Source: an uncultured Heliobacteriaceae bacterium
Lineage (GTDB): Bacteria > Acidobacteriota > Blastocatellia > RBC074
DNA length: 64,000 nt
Assembly: GCA_964631865.1 (NCBI GenBank)
Contig: CAZWAK010000007.1
Coordinates: 1,934 to 65,933 of the forward strand
Direction: 5' to 3'
The notes beneath the pieces are model-generated. The model saw only the letters and a program-made list of their open reading frames with translations, did not search any database and was not told where the DNA came from. Positions within the stretch are counted from its first letter, which is position 1. Each line of letters begins with the position of its first letter. Positions 8,355-19,857 of this stretch are shown piece by piece. The translations under genes and the position numbers were made by a program.

Positions 8355-9332
8355 TCATTTAGCAGGAGCTGTGAAGGTGGTGCGATTGGAGCGGAGTTGC
8401 AGCGTGGCATTGACTGGTTCGACGCGCACGTCGTGCTGCTTGCCGTCGCGCATTTCCGGGTAATAGGCCAAACCGTAACTCGCCCGAATCTCTTCGGCCA
8501 GGGCTTTGAAGATGGGCGCAAAGTCGCGCGCATCCGCAGCAAAGTCCCGCCCGCCCGTCGCCGCTACAATGCGTGACGCATCCAACGGCGTAATCACGCG
8601 CTCGGTGTTGCGGCTGGCGGACAAAATATACGAGGGCAAAGTGATGGAATACACAGTCACCCCCGCCGCGTTGGCCCGTCGAATCAACTCCCGACTCTCC
8701 ACCAAACTCGAAGAATCAAAGCCATCCGTAATTACGACAACGACACGCCGCAGCGGTTTGTTGTTTTTGGAGAAATGCGCGCGCCGACTGAGCATCAGCA
8801 CCGCCTTGTCCAGCGCATCATAAATCCGCGTCGAGCCGCCGAAGTGCTCCATCTTGGCGAAGGCGCGCTCAATTTTTTTCTGTTCCGGCGTGAATTCCTG
8901 AAACACTTTCACTTCGTAATTGAAGCCCAGCGCGGCGAACACCGATTCGCCTTTCATCAATTCGGTGAACTTCAACGCGGACGCGCGCAGCGTGGCAATT
9001 TCGTCGGGCTTCAAGCTGCCGGAAAGATCGAGCGCGAAGACCACTGCCAACGGGCGCGATTGCATGACTTCATCGGTCACGCTGAAAAAATCTATCTTCC
9101 GTTGTTGCCCATCCACGAACAAGCGAAAATCGTTGGCCGTCAAATTGCGCACATAGTTGCCGCGTTTGTCCAGCGCCGTCACTTCGACCATCACCAAATC
9201 TGTGTCAATCTTGAGCACGTCGTCGGACGGCTTTTTTTCCTGCGCCGACAACACGAGCGGAGCCAGCAGCATCCACCCAACAGCAAACAAGAGATGCTTC
9301 AGAGCAACAGGTTGGCGGCCAAACGCAAGCAT
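8355..9332 (-). CDS. VWA domain-containing secreted protein
   Basis: Signal peptide, then DLSGSL (MIDAS DxSxS) ... VVVITDGFDSSS, typical of VWA. Confidence 0.8.
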   Translation of the reverse strand: MLAFGRQPVALKHLLFAVGWMLLAPLVLSAQEKKPSDDVLKIDTDLVMVEVTALDKRGNYVRNLTANDFRLFVDGQQRKIDFFSVTDEVMQSRPLAVVFALDLSGSLKPDEIATLRASALKFTELMKGESVFAALGFNYEVKVFQEFTPEQKKIERAFAKMEHFGGSTRIYDALDKAVLMLSRRAHFSKNNKPLRRVVVVITDGFDSSSLVESRELIRRANAAGVTVYSITLPSYILSASRNTERVITPLDASRIVAATGGRDFAADARDFAPIFKALAEEIRASYGLAYYPEMRDGKQHDVRVEPVNATLQLRSNRTTFTAPAK

Positions 9333-9462
9333 GTTTTTAGAACCTTTGGTTAAGCGATCTGCGGATCACAAGCAACGCGCTCGTCACTTGCAGTGCCGGA
9401 CTCGTTCGGCGATTATAAATTCCCGCAGCCCCGGCTGCCAGCAACTTTTCACAGGAGTTTCT

Positions 9463-10128
9463 ATGCGCATCATTTTTTCCAGCTTCGCACCTGATTTCTT
9501 ACGAAGCCTCATCACGCTGAGTTTCATCGCGCTGTCATTCACGACCACACGGGCCGAGGGCGGGCAAATTCAAGGCAAGGTCAAAGAGGACGGCGGCAAG
9601 TCGTTGGCAGGCGTAACGGTCAAAGCCAATCGTGCTGTTACGCGATCACTCGACAATCAAGACACTGGCCAACAGGACTACGAAACGAAAACCAATGACA
9701 AAGGCGAGTTCGTGCTGCGCGGCTTGTTGCCCGGCAATTATGCGCTGACGTTTGAATTGACGGGCTATCGCACGTTCGTCACGCGCCGCTTTGAATTGGC
9801 GGCGGGAGCGACGTTCAAAGTGCCGAACGCCATTGAGATGTCGCGCGAACCCGAAGCACACAGCCTGATTCGCGGTGCGGTGTTGGATGCGAACGGCTAC
9901 TCGCTCGAAAACGCGAGCGTGACGATTGAGCGAACGGATGGCAAGAAGTTCAAGAAATTCGAGAAAGCCTCGGTGGTCGGCGGGCAATTTGCGTTTCGCG
10001 TGCCGTCGGAAACCGGCACCTATCGCATCTCCGCGAGTGCTGACGGCTTTGTCACCGCCACGCAAGAAGTGTCGGTGGACAGAAACGAAATCCGCAGCAT
10101 CGTGATTCAGCTGGAAAAAAAGAAATAA
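9463..10128 (+). CDS. Secreted protein with two carboxypeptidase regulatory-like (CarboxypepD_reg) domains
   Basis: Signal peptide, then IQGKVKEDGGKSLAGVTVKA...GNYALTFELTGYRT and a second IRGAVLDANGYSLENASVTIE...YRISASADGF. Confidence 0.6.
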   Translation: MRIIFSSFAPDFLRSLITLSFIALSFTTTRAEGGQIQGKVKEDGGKSLAGVTVKANRAVTRSLDNQDTGQQDYETKTNDKGEFVLRGLLPGNYALTFELTGYRTFVTRRFELAAGATFKVPNAIEMSREPEAHSLIRGAVLDANGYSLENASVTIERTDGKKFKKFEKASVVGGQFAFRVPSETGTYRISASADGFVTATQEVSVDRNEIRSIVIQLEKKK

Positions 10129-10237
10129 ACCAAGACCTCACCGCAAAGAAACAAAGGGACAAAGGATCAAAGACATTGCGCGTAATATTCTGTGCTTTGT
10201 CACTTTGCCCCGTTGTCCCTTTGCGGTGGCTACGTTC

Positions 10238-11569
10238 TTACTGATTCATCGAATTCAGGAACTCGCCATTGCTCTTGGTGCGATCCAGCCGATCCAGCAC
10301 CAATTCCATTTGCTCCACTGGCGACAACGGATTCAGCACGCGGCGCAGCACCCAAATGCGGTCGAGGTCTTTCTTCTGAATCAACAATTCTTCTTTGCGT
10401 GTGCCCGATTTCTGCAAATCAATCGCCGGGAAGACGCGCTTGTCGGAGAGCTTGCGATCCAGGTGAATTTCCATGTTGCCCGTGCCTTTGAATTCTTCAA
10501 AGATCACATCGTCCATACGGCTGCCGGTTTCGACGAGCGCCGTCGCAATGATCGTCAGGCTGCCGCCCTCTTCGATGTTGCGCGCCGCGCCGAAAAATCG
10601 CTTCGGACGTTGCAAGGCGTTCGAGTCCACACCGCCGGAGAGAATCTTGCCCGAAGGCGGAACCACGGAGTTGTGGGCGCGCGCCAGACGGGTGATGGAG
10701 TCGAGCAGGATCACGACATCGCGTCCGTGCTCAACCAACCGTTTGGCTTTTTCAATGACCATGTCAGCGACCTGGACGTGGCGCGACGCGGGTTCATCAA
10801 ACGTCGAGGAAATCACTTCGCCGTTGACGGAACGCTGCATGTCGGTCACTTCTTCCGGGCGCTCATCAATGAGCAACACGATCAACGTCACTTCGGGATG
10901 ATTTTCCGTAATCGAATTCGCAATCGTTTGCAGCAGCACCGTTTTACCGGTGCGCGGCGGTGCGACGATCAAGCCGCGCTGCCCTTTGCCAATCGGTGTG
11001 ACGAGGTCAATCACGCGACCGGACAGGCTTTCCGAGGCCGTCTCCATCTTCAGATGTTCGTTCGGATAGAGCGGCGTCAGGTTGTCAAAGAAAATTTTAT
11101 CGCGCGCAATGTCGGGCGGCTCGAAGTTAATCGCTTCGACCTTGATGAGCGCGAAATATCGCTCGCCTTCTTTGGGCGGACGAATTTGACCGGAGATCGT
11201 ATCGCCCGTGCGCAAATCAAATTTGCGAATCTGCGACGGACTCACGTAAATGTCGTCCGGGCCGGGTAAGTAGTTGTACTCCGGTGCCCGCAAAAAGCCG
11301 AAGCCATCGGGTAGTGTTTCCAGCACGCCTTCCGAGAAGATCAAGCCGGACTTTTCGGTCTGGGCTTGCAGGATTTTGAAGATCAATTCCTGCTTGCGCA
11401 TACCGGTCGCGCCGGGGACTTCGAGTTCTTTCGCGATGCCCGTCAATTTGGAGATGCTCATCTCCTTGAGTTCCGAAATGTCGAGTAAATTAGAGTCGAG
11501 CAATTCTTCTTCTTCTTCGTAATAATCGACCACTTCTCGTTCACGTGCTTTTGCTGATTTGTCTGCCAT
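10238..11569 (-). CDS. rho: Transcription termination factor Rho
   Basis: N-terminal RNA-binding region, then the P-loop [12 protein letters not shown], the Q- and R-loops and the C-terminal ...[19 protein letters not shown]. The start could also be at 11647. Confidence 0.9.
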   Translation of the reverse strand: MADKSAKAREREVVDYYEEEEELLDSNLLDISELKEMSISKLTGIAKELEVPGATGMRKQELIFKILQAQTEKSGLIFSEGVLETLPDGFGFLRAPEYNYLPGPDDIYVSPSQIRKFDLRTGDTISGQIRPPKEGERYFALIKVEAINFEPPDIARDKIFFDNLTPLYPNEHLKMETASESLSGRVIDLVTPIGKGQRGLIVAPPRTGKTVLLQTIANSITENHPEVTLIVLLIDERPEEVTDMQRSVNGEVISSTFDEPASRHVQVADMVIEKAKRLVEHGRDVVILLDSITRLARAHNSVVPPSGKILSGGVDSNALQRPKRFFGAARNIEEGGSLTIIATALVETGSRMDDVIFEEFKGTGNMEIHLDRKLSDKRVFPAIDLQKSGTRKEELLIQKKDLDRIWVLRRVLNPLSPVEQMELVLDRLDRTKSNGEFLNSMNQ

Positions 11570-11913
11570 AACTTTGTTCTTGAGCGGCTCTTGTGCAACC
11601 AAGCGCCGCGGTAATTGCCCTTGCGGGGCAAGAGGTTGTTCTTCCAAGGGGGATTGCGCAGTGTGGGTACTTCACACTGTATGCGTTTTAGAAACCAAGC
11701 CGAAGGGGTACCGCGACCGTCGCAGAGACAAGCCGAATCAGCTTAGGGGGCATTGTTCGTTCTGTTGCAGATAATGAATACCGCTAGGATGTCATCGCCG
11801 ACTTGCGCTTGATTATCAGTAATTCTGCCGACGATGTTTTGGGATTATTGGTGATGCGAGAGTCAGCACGCTACTCTCGTGTGAAGTTCTGTTGTTACCG
11901 CCAGGGAGATTTG

Positions 11914-12519
<606 letters not shown>

Positions 12520-12552
12520 ACAGCAAAAAACTTTTCGGTAGCAGTGCGGAAC

Positions 12553-14994
12553 CTAACTGCTCAACACGCTGCCCGGTTGATTGGTGAGGCTGGGCGTTTG
12601 CCACAACGCCGCATCCAAATCCTCCGCCGTCACAACGGGTTCGGGCAAACGCTCCAACGCCAGTTGCAATACCTCGTCCATCGTCTCGACCGCGTTGAGT
12701 TGAAACGCTTCCAGAATGTCGGCTGGAATTTCGACCAAATCTTTTTCGTTGTCTTTCGGAATGATAATGGTCGTGATGCCGGCGCGATGCGCGGCCAGCA
12801 GTTTTTCTTTCAAGCCGCCAATCGGCAGCACTTTGCCGCGCAACGTGATTTCGCCCGTCATCGCGACGTGTTTGTGAATGGCGATGCGTGTCAGCACCGA
12901 AGCCAGCGCCGTCGCAATCGTGATGCCCGCCGACGGCCCATCTTTGGGGATCGCGCCTTCGGGAACATGCACGTGCAAATCGTAGTTTTTGTGAAAGTCG
13001 TTCGGAATGCCCAATTCCATTGAGCGCGAACGCAAATACGTGACCGCCGCTTGCGCCGATTCCTGCATCACATCGCCCAGCTTGCCGGTCAGCGTCAACT
13101 TGCCTGTGCCCGGCAGCAACGTAGCTTCGATTTGCAAGACATCGCCACCGAATTCCGTGTAGGCCAAGCCGTTGACCAGGCCGACTTCGCTGTGTTCCGC
13201 GATGGTTTGCGGGCGGAATTTGATCGGGCCGAGTAAATTTTTGACGGCGGTCTCATCCACCGTGAATTTGAAGGCTTCATCTTGTTGCGCCACAAATTGC
13301 CGCGCCACTTTGCGGCAAAGCGAACCGATTTCGCGTTCGAGGTTGCGCACGCCAGCCTCTCGCGTGTACGAGTTGATAACGGTGCGCGTTCCTTCTTCGT
13401 CGAATTCGATCTGCCCGCCTTTCAGCCCGTTGCCTTCCTGTTGTTTGGGAATCAAATGCCGTCGCGCGATTTCGAGTTTTTCGCGTTCGGTGTAACCCGC
13501 GAGCCGAATGATTTCCAAACGATCCTGCAACGGAATCGGGATCGTGTGCAAGACGTTCGCTGTCGCAATGAACATCACTTGCGACAGGTCATATTCGACA
13601 TCCAGGTAATGATCGTGGAAGGTGTTGTTCTGTTCCGGGTCGAGCACTTCGAGCAAGGCCGAGGCCGGATCGCCGCGATGATCGTGCGCCAGCTTGTCCA
13701 CTTCGTCCAATAAAATCACCGGGTTGATCGTCTTCGCCTTTTTCATCATCTGCACGATTTGCCCCGGCAACGCGCCGATGTACGTGCGCCGATGCCCGCG
13801 AATTTCGGCTTCATCGCGCACACCGCCGAGCGCCAGTCGCACGAAGTGGCGGCCTGTGGCTTTGGCAATCGAACGACCGAGCGACGTTTTGCCGACGCCC
13901 GGCGGGCCGACAAAACACAGAATCGTGCCGCGCGGTTTTTCAACCAATTGCCGCACCGCGAGATATTCCAAAATGCGTTCTTTGATTTTGTCGAGACCGT
14001 AATGATCGTTTTCCAGCACGTCCTGCGCGTGCTTCAAGTCCCGAATCTCGTCGCTCTTTTGCAGCCAGGGCACGCCGAGCAGCCAGTCAATGTAGTTGCG
14101 CGAAACAGTGGATTCCGCTGCCATCGGCGGCATTTGTTCGAGCTTCTGTAACTCAATCACCGCTTTTTCTTTCGCCTCAGCAGTCATCCCGGCTTCTTCG
14201 ATTTTGATGAGCAATTCCTCGAATTCGGCCTTCTCGTCTTTGCGACCCAACTCTTTGTGAATGGCTTTGATCTTTTCGTTGAGGTAATACTCGCGCTGCG
14301 ATTTTTCCATCTGCCGTTTGACGCGCGTTTGAATCGTGCGGTCGAGATTGAGCTTTTCGATTTCGATTTCGATGAGGTCTACCATCTTCAGCAGCCGTTC
14401 CGACACCGAATACGTTTCGAGCAAGCTCTGCTTGTCTTCCACCGGCAGCTTCATCACATGCGCCAGCAAATCCACCATTTGACCGGGATCGCCCACACGC
14501 AGCGCCGACAACAGCAATTCCGGGTTCGGCTCCTGCGCCAGTTTGAGATACTGATCCATTTGCGCGTTGACGCGCGAGACCAAATTCAGGGTGCGCCGAT
14601 TGTTTTCGGGCAGCACCGGCACGCGCCGTACAATCGCCTGCAAATAACCATCTTTTTCCACGACCCGGATCGCCCGTGCGCGTTCGCGTCCTTCGACCAT
14701 CACCTTGATGGTCGGCTCTTCAGGCTTGCGCAACGAATTAGAGATGTAGGCAATCGTGCCCACGTCGTAGATATGCCCTGTGCCAGGGTCTTCCATCGTG
14801 GCGTCGTGCTGCGTGGCCAGAAAGATCAAGCGATGCGTGGCCAGCGCCTCTTCTAACGCCCGCACCGACGAATCGCGCCCGATATTGAAGGCGGCTTTGG
14901 AAAACGGAAAGACCACCACATCACGAATCGGCACCATCGGATAGCTGACAATGTCATCGGGGGCAGCATCGGTAAATTCTCGAAAATCTTGCAT
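12553..14994 (-). CDS. lon: ATP-dependent protease Lon
   Basis: Lon N-domain, AAA+ GPPGVGKTS, and the protease domain with the catalytic Ser in ...DGPSAGIT.... Start taken at MQDFREF. Confidence 0.9.
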   Translation of the reverse strand: MQDFREFTDAAPDDIVSYPMVPIRDVVVFPFSKAAFNIGRDSSVRALEEALATHRLIFLATQHDATMEDPGTGHIYDVGTIAYISNSLRKPEEPTIKVMVEGRERARAIRVVEKDGYLQAIVRRVPVLPENNRRTLNLVSRVNAQMDQYLKLAQEPNPELLLSALRVGDPGQMVDLLAHVMKLPVEDKQSLLETYSVSERLLKMVDLIEIEIEKLNLDRTIQTRVKRQMEKSQREYYLNEKIKAIHKELGRKDEKAEFEELLIKIEEAGMTAEAKEKAVIELQKLEQMPPMAAESTVSRNYIDWLLGVPWLQKSDEIRDLKHAQDVLENDHYGLDKIKERILEYLAVRQLVEKPRGTILCFVGPPGVGKTSLGRSIAKATGRHFVRLALGGVRDEAEIRGHRRTYIGALPGQIVQMMKKAKTINPVILLDEVDKLAHDHRGDPASALLEVLDPEQNNTFHDHYLDVEYDLSQVMFIATANVLHTIPIPLQDRLEIIRLAGYTEREKLEIARRHLIPKQQEGNGLKGGQIEFDEEGTRTVINSYTREAGVRNLEREIGSLCRKVARQFVAQQDEAFKFTVDETAVKNLLGPIKFRPQTIAEHSEVGLVNGLAYTEFGGDVLQIEATLLPGTGKLTLTGKLGDVMQESAQAAVTYLRSRSMELGIPNDFHKNYDLHVHVPEGAIPKDGPSAGITIATALASVLTRIAIHKHVAMTGEITLRGKVLPIGGLKEKLLAAHRAGITTIIIPKDNEKDLVEIPADILEAFQLNAVETMDEVLQLALERLPEPVVTAEDLDAALWQTPSLTNQPGSVLSS

Positions 14995-15132
14995 GATGAA
15001 AACCTCTTGGGAACCGCCTGGGGAATGCTTACGGCAAGGCGGTTGCAGTTTGTGGGCTGATAAATCAGGGCAGGAAATTTCCGCGTCGGATGGCAGCGCA
15101 GAGAACAAAAAACGGTGGTTCCGGGGTAGTCA

Positions 15133-16362
15133 TTATCCTGCTTTTTCGAGCGGGAAGATCACATTGCGGTTCAGAACCATATCGGCAGTCACAATGAAAT
15201 CTCTGGCTTTCTTCTGCCCTGGCAAGGTGTACATCGCTTCGAGCATCAGTTCTTCCAAAATCATGCGGAGGCCGCGCGCGCCCACTTTACGTTCGCACGC
15301 CAGATGCGCCACCGCGCGTAACGCATCATCGGTAAACCGCAGCTTGATATTGTCCCATTCAAACTGACGCTGATATTGCTTCATCAACGCGTTCTTCGGC
15401 TGGGTCAGAATCTCGATCATCGCTTCCTCTGACAGTTCGTGCAACGTCCCGACAACCGGCAAGCGCCCGACAAACTCGGGAATCAAGCCATACCGAATCA
15501 AATCTTCCGGTTGAATTTCTTCCAGCAAATTCGTCTGACGCAAGTGATTCAGCGGCCTGACCTTTGCTCCAAAGCCCAAGGCCTTTTGTCCCATGCGATG
15601 TTGAATGACACGTTCCAACCCGACAAACGCACCGCCGCAAATAAACAGAATATTCGTCGTATCAATGGGGAAGAATTCCTGCTGCGGGTGTTTGCGTCCG
15701 CCTTGCGGCGGCACATTGGCGACCGTACCTTCGAGGATTTTCAGCAACGCCTGTTGCACGCCTTCGCCCGACACATCGCGCGTGATCGAAGGGTTTTCGT
15801 CCTTGCGGCAAATCTTGTCTATTTCGTCAATGTAGATGATGCCGTGTTGCGCGCGGTCGGCGTCGCCGTTCGCGGCTTGCAACAGTTTGAGGATAATGTT
15901 TTCGACATCTTCGCCCACGTAGCCAGCTTCGGTCAGCGTCGTGGCGTCCACGATGGCGAACGGCACTTTGAGCATGCGCGCCAGCGTTTGCGCGAGCAAC
16001 GTTTTGCCTGTTCCCGTCGGCCCGATCAGCAGGATGTTGGATTTTTGAATCTCGACATCGCCGCGCCGCTTGGCCATTTCAATACGCTTGTAGTGTTGAT
16101 AGACCGCGACCGCGAGTTTCTTTTTGGTCTCTTCCTGACCAATCACATATTCGTCGAGGAATTCTTTGATCTCGTTCGGCTTGGGCAGCAGGGGGCGAGT
16201 GGCCTGGGCTTCCTGTTGAGCATCGTCGCTGATGATCTCGATGCAAATGTCAATGCACTCGTTGCAGATATAAACCGTCGGGCCGGCGATGAGCTTTTTG
16301 ACTTCGTTCTGGCTCTTGCCGCAGAAGCTACAGCGTAGCATGTCTTCGCCTCTTCGCATCAC
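15133..16362 (-). CDS. clpX: ATP-dependent Clp protease ATP-binding subunit ClpX
   Basis: N-terminal zinc-binding CSFCGKS...ICNECI, Walker A GPTGTGKT, and the IGF-like loop. Confidence 0.9.
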   Translation of the reverse strand: MMRRGEDMLRCSFCGKSQNEVKKLIAGPTVYICNECIDICIEIISDDAQQEAQATRPLLPKPNEIKEFLDEYVIGQEETKKKLAVAVYQHYKRIEMAKRRGDVEIQKSNILLIGPTGTGKTLLAQTLARMLKVPFAIVDATTLTEAGYVGEDVENIILKLLQAANGDADRAQHGIIYIDEIDKICRKDENPSITRDVSGEGVQQALLKILEGTVANVPPQGGRKHPQQEFFPIDTTNILFICGGAFVGLERVIQHRMGQKALGFGAKVRPLNHLRQTNLLEEIQPEDLIRYGLIPEFVGRLPVVGTLHELSEEAMIEILTQPKNALMKQYQRQFEWDNIKLRFTDDALRAVAHLACERKVGARGLRMILEELMLEAMYTLPGQKKARDFIVTADMVLNRNVIFPLEKAG

Positions 16363-16618
16363 CGGGTGGCCTCCGTGCTAATGTATGGGTTGGGTCTTGA
16401 TTTCATGAAAACGTTTTGGGCACTTGAAAACCTACGCGCGAGAGCGGCAATGATAAACAACCGCTGGCAGGCGCGCAAGTCAAGAATTGCCAAGTCTGCC
16501 GGATTCCGCGCGAAAAAATGTTCCGTGGCGCGTCGTAGCTGGCGAACAGCGCGCTTTTCGCTTAAATATGTCCTTGATGTAAACAACAATCTCTCTATCA
16601 AGCGAAGATAAACTGACG

Positions 16619-17899
16619 ATGAACCGACGAACCTTTCTCCACTTCGCAACCATTGCTTTTCCGGCGTTCGCTCGCAACGCACAAGCCGATAAAACGCTGC
16701 CGCCCGTGCGCCGCATCACCAACGGCCCGAAATTCCACTGGTTCGGCTACTACGACAAATGGCAATTCGATCCGACCGGACGTTATGTGCTGGGCATGGA
16801 AGTCTCGTTCGAGCACCGTTCGCCGACGGCTGAGGACATCATCAAAATCGGGATGGTGGATTTGCAGGACGGCGACCGTTGGATTGAGTTGGGCGAAACG
16901 CGCGCGTGGAATTGGCAGCAAGGCTGCATGCTGCAATTCATTCCCGGCTCCAAAACCGACATCATCTGGAACGACCGCGTCGGCGATCAGTTTGTTTCGT
17001 ACATCCTCAACATCAAGACGCGCCAACGACGCACCTTGCCCGCGCCGATTTATGCCTTGAGTCCTGATGGCAAAACCGCGATTGCGCCCGATTTTCGCCG
17101 CTTGAATGACTGTCGCCCCGGCTACGGCTACGCCGGGCTGCCCGACCCGAATCGAGATGCGTTGCGCCCCGACAACGCAGGCATCTGGAAAATGGATTTG
17201 CGCACGGGCAAACAGGAATTGCGGATCACCTTCGCAGACATTGCGAAGATTCCGTATCAGGAAAAGAGCCGCCCCAATCACAACGATCCCGACAAGGCCA
17301 AGCATTGGTTCAATCACTTGTTGTTTGCGCCCGATGGCAAGCGATTCCTGTGGCTGCATCGCTGGCGCGTGTTTGAAAATATGGAGCGGCAAACCGCCGC
17401 GCGCGGCGGCTTCTCCACGCGAATGCTGACGGCGAATGTAAATGGACAAGATCGCTTTGTCGTTGACCCGTACGGCGGCACCTCGCATTTCATCTGGCGC
17501 GACCCGCAGCACATCGCCGCCTGGGCGTGGAACCCGCAACGCAACGAACGCTTCTACCTTTTCAAAGACAAGACCAGTGAAGTCACACCGCTCGCACCCG
17601 ACGTGATGACGGTCAACGGTCACAACACGTATTTGCCACGCCACAACAATCGCTGGATTCTGAACGACACCTACCCCGACAAAGACCGCCTGCAACATCC
17701 GTATTTGTACGACACCAAAACCAATCAACGACACGCGCTCGGACATTTCTACTCGCCACCCGAATACGTCGGCGAATGGCGCTGCGACACGCATCCGCGC
17801 TTCAGCCCCGACGGCAGGAAATGCGTAATTGATTCGACACACGAAGGTTTGGGACGGCAAATGTACCTGATAGATTTCAGCACGATTGTGGCTTCATGA
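16619..17899 (+). CDS. Tat-signal exported beta-propeller protein (oligogalacturonide-lyase-like / TolB-like)
   Basis: RRTFLHF twin-arginine motif and repeated SPDG/APDG beta-propeller-like blades. The family assignment is tentative. Confidence 0.5.
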   Translation: MNRRTFLHFATIAFPAFARNAQADKTLPPVRRITNGPKFHWFGYYDKWQFDPTGRYVLGMEVSFEHRSPTAEDIIKIGMVDLQDGDRWIELGETRAWNWQQGCMLQFIPGSKTDIIWNDRVGDQFVSYILNIKTRQRRTLPAPIYALSPDGKTAIAPDFRRLNDCRPGYGYAGLPDPNRDALRPDNAGIWKMDLRTGKQELRITFADIAKIPYQEKSRPNHNDPDKAKHWFNHLLFAPDGKRFLWLHRWRVFENMERQTAARGGFSTRMLTANVNGQDRFVVDPYGGTSHFIWRDPQHIAAWAWNPQRNERFYLFKDKTSEVTPLAPDVMTVNGHNTYLPRHNNRWILNDTYPDKDRLQHPYLYDTKTNQRHALGHFYSPPEYVGEWRCDTHPRFSPDGRKCVIDSTHEGLGRQMYLIDFSTIVAS

Positions 17900-17925
17900 G
17901 ACCGTCTTTATTGGCTGCGAGTTAT

Positions 17926-17969
17926 GTTACCAAATGGTAACTACCAAATGGTAACTACCAAATGGTAAC
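17926..17969 (+). promoter_or_regulatory. Three tandem palindromic 14-16-mers (GTTACCAAATGGTAAC, then TACCAAATGGTAAC x2) 20 bp upstream of the ADP-ribosylglycohydrolase start; candidate operator
   Basis: Read directly from the sequence. Each unit is a TACCA-N-TGGTA inverted repeat. Confidence 0.4.
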
Positions 17970-17990
17970 TGATGTCTCGAAGAGTGCGAT

Positions 17991-18875
17991 ATGAGGAACG
18001 AACACCGAATTCTCGGCTGCCTGCTCGGTGGCGCAATTGGCGATGCGTTTGGCGGCGTGTATGAAAACCAATCGCCACCCGTTGACTTCACGAAAGACTA
18101 CGATTGGCGGTTGTCCGATGATACGCAGCTAACGCTCGCCACTTGCGAAGCCATCATCGAAGCGAACGGCCAAATCGAACCGGCAAAGATCGCAGCCCGC
18201 TTTGCCGTGTGGCATCGTGCGGGGCGCGTCACCGGAATGGGAGCCAGCACGCTCAAGGCATTGACCGAATTGAGCGCAGGCGGGCATTGGGCGTTGGTGG
18301 GCAGAAAAGGCGAACGCGCGGCAGGCAACGGCGCGGCAATGCGAAGCGCGCCGCTGGCATTTTTTCTCAATCCGCAAAATCCCCGTGACAAACAACTCAT
18401 CCGCGACGTCAGCCGCATCACGCATCATCACGACGAAGCCTACGCGGGCGCGCTCGCCATCGTGACAGCGATTCGCGCTGCGTTCGATGGCGCTTGGACG
18501 GGCGAACCGAATTTGCTTGGAATGGTGATTGATGTTTTGCCGGATACAAGTGTGCGCGACCGATTGATGGAATGCGCCCGGCTGGATTGGCCGCTGGCAG
18601 AAGTTGCGCGGCGTTTTGGCAACTCCGGCTATGTGGTCGAATCGGTTCCGCTGGCAATTTACGGCGCGCAGCAAGTGGCGTCGCTCGGCTTTGCCACCTT
18701 GCTGCGCGAATTGGCGGCAACGGGCGGCGACACGGATACGATTGCGGCAATGGCTGGGCAAATCGCAGGCACGTTGCTCGGTCAGCACGGACTGCCGAAC
18801 GAATTCCTCACGCGGTTGCCTGAGCAGGAAGCCATCTTTTTGACCGCCCGTGCGCTCGCAGCACTCAACGCATAA
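17991..18875 (+). CDS. ADP-ribosylglycohydrolase family protein
   Basis: LGGAIGDAFG... DDTQLTLA ... GGDTDTIAAMAGQIAG are typical ARH/DraG motifs. Confidence 0.85.
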   Translation: MRNEHRILGCLLGGAIGDAFGGVYENQSPPVDFTKDYDWRLSDDTQLTLATCEAIIEANGQIEPAKIAARFAVWHRAGRVTGMGASTLKALTELSAGGHWALVGRKGERAAGNGAAMRSAPLAFFLNPQNPRDKQLIRDVSRITHHHDEAYAGALAIVTAIRAAFDGAWTGEPNLLGMVIDVLPDTSVRDRLMECARLDWPLAEVARRFGNSGYVVESVPLAIYGAQQVASLGFATLLRELAATGGDTDTIAAMAGQIAGTLLGQHGLPNEFLTRLPEQEAIFLTARALAALNA

Positions 18876-18882
18876 CGAGCCG

Positions 18883-19344
18883 CTACTGCTTCGGCGCAGG
18901 CGCAGGTGCTTCAGCCTGAGCGCGCGCGGCTTTGGCTTGTTTGATGAAGCATTTCGCCAGCTTTGGTTCTACATCGCCGCCGATGGAGCTTTCCTGACAA
19001 CTGGCGACCAAGGCTCCGGTGCGCGCGTCAATGGCGGTGACGGTGAAGCGCGTCGTCCATTTCTTGCGATAGACTTCCAGAATCAAATCGGCTTCCTCCT
19101 TGTCGCGCACGACAAGCAAGCCCAGTTCGTTGAAACCGGGATGCTTAACCAATTCGCGTTCTAACGCTTCGCGGTTCATGTAATCGGATTTGGGTTGGAC
19201 GAACACGGTTTTCGCCGCACGCAAAATTCCGGTTGCGCCTCCGGCAGTGGACGGCGTTGGGTTGGGCGCTTGGGCAAAGACAGAAACGACGCCGAGCCAA
19301 GCGACTGCGACAAAACTACGAAGGAACGTATTGAAAGGGGTCAT
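18883..19344 (-). CDS. Secreted hypothetical protein
   Basis: Start trimmed to MTPFNTFLRSFVAVAWLGVVSVFAQA (signal peptide). Confidence 0.5.
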   Translation of the reverse strand: MTPFNTFLRSFVAVAWLGVVSVFAQAPNPTPSTAGGATGILRAAKTVFVQPKSDYMNREALERELVKHPGFNELGLLVVRDKEEADLILEVYRKKWTTRFTVTAIDARTGALVASCQESSIGGDVEPKLAKCFIKQAKAARAQAEAPAPAPKQ

Positions 19345-19439
19345 AGAAGGTTTCTCCTGTAATTGGTTTTGATGGCGGCATCGTAACCAGCGAGAAAACT
19401 TCTCAGGCGGAAAGCTGTCACACTTTTTCGAGTGTGACA

Positions 19440-19769
19440 TTACTTCTTAAAGTTGGGATTGGGCGTCATAAAGACCAGCAAGGTGAGGCGAGCGTCGCTC
19501 GCGTTGCGCACGCCGTGCAGTGCTCCGGCGGGCGCAAAAACGATTTCGTTCGTGCTGAGTTCGCGTTCTTCCTCGCCGACCAAAAACGTGCCGCGCCCGT
19601 CCAACACATAATAAATTTTGTCGGCATCATCGTGTGCATGCGGCTTTTGTTCCTGACCGGGTTCCAATCCGTACACGTCGCAGAAAAAATTCGGCGTCTC
19701 GTACAGATTGGTTTTCTGCATTTTTTCGAGGGCAAAGCGCGCCTCGGCGAAAACGTGTTTGGGATTCAT
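19440..19769 (-). CDS. Cupin domain protein
   Basis: ...HAHDDADKIYYVLDGRGTFLVGEEE...IVFAPAGALHGVRN... is a cupin motif. Start at MNPKHV; the longer ORF-track N-terminus runs through the heptamer repeat and is rejected. Confidence 0.7.
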   Translation of the reverse strand: MNPKHVFAEARFALEKMQKTNLYETPNFFCDVYGLEPGQEQKPHAHDDADKIYYVLDGRGTFLVGEEERELSTNEIVFAPAGALHGVRNASDARLTLLVFMTPNPNFKK

Positions 19770-19857
19770 GGGTTGGTGGTTGGTGGTTGGTGGTTGGTGG
19801 CTGGTGGTTGGTGGTTGGTATGAAACTAACCACCAACCACCAGCCACCAACCACCAA
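19770..19857. repeat. Heptamer-repeat hairpin: (TTGGTGG)x~7, loop, (CCACCAA)x~4, with a roughly 29-bp perfect stem filling the whole intergenic space
   Basis: ggttggtgg...ctggtggttggtggttggta tgaaacta accaccaaccaccagccaccaaccaccaa. Confidence 0.85.

Noticed and set aside
10205-11269. 354-aa plus-strand ORF
   Set aside because: It is entirely antisense to rho, whose product is unmistakable. It has no features of a real protein.
19440-19850. Longer N-terminus of the cupin ORF (MVAGGWWLVSYQPPTTSHQPPTTNHQP...)
   Set aside because: The extension is translated from the (TTGGTGG)n hairpin repeat. The start was moved to MNPKHV at 19769.
19770-19857. Possible CRISPR or minisatellite array at the heptamer repeats (also 17926-17969, 22050-22076, 50781-50854)
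   Set aside because: The units are 7-14 nt with no spacers, and the arrays are palindromic. No cas genes are present. They are treated as hairpin or operator-type repeats instead.
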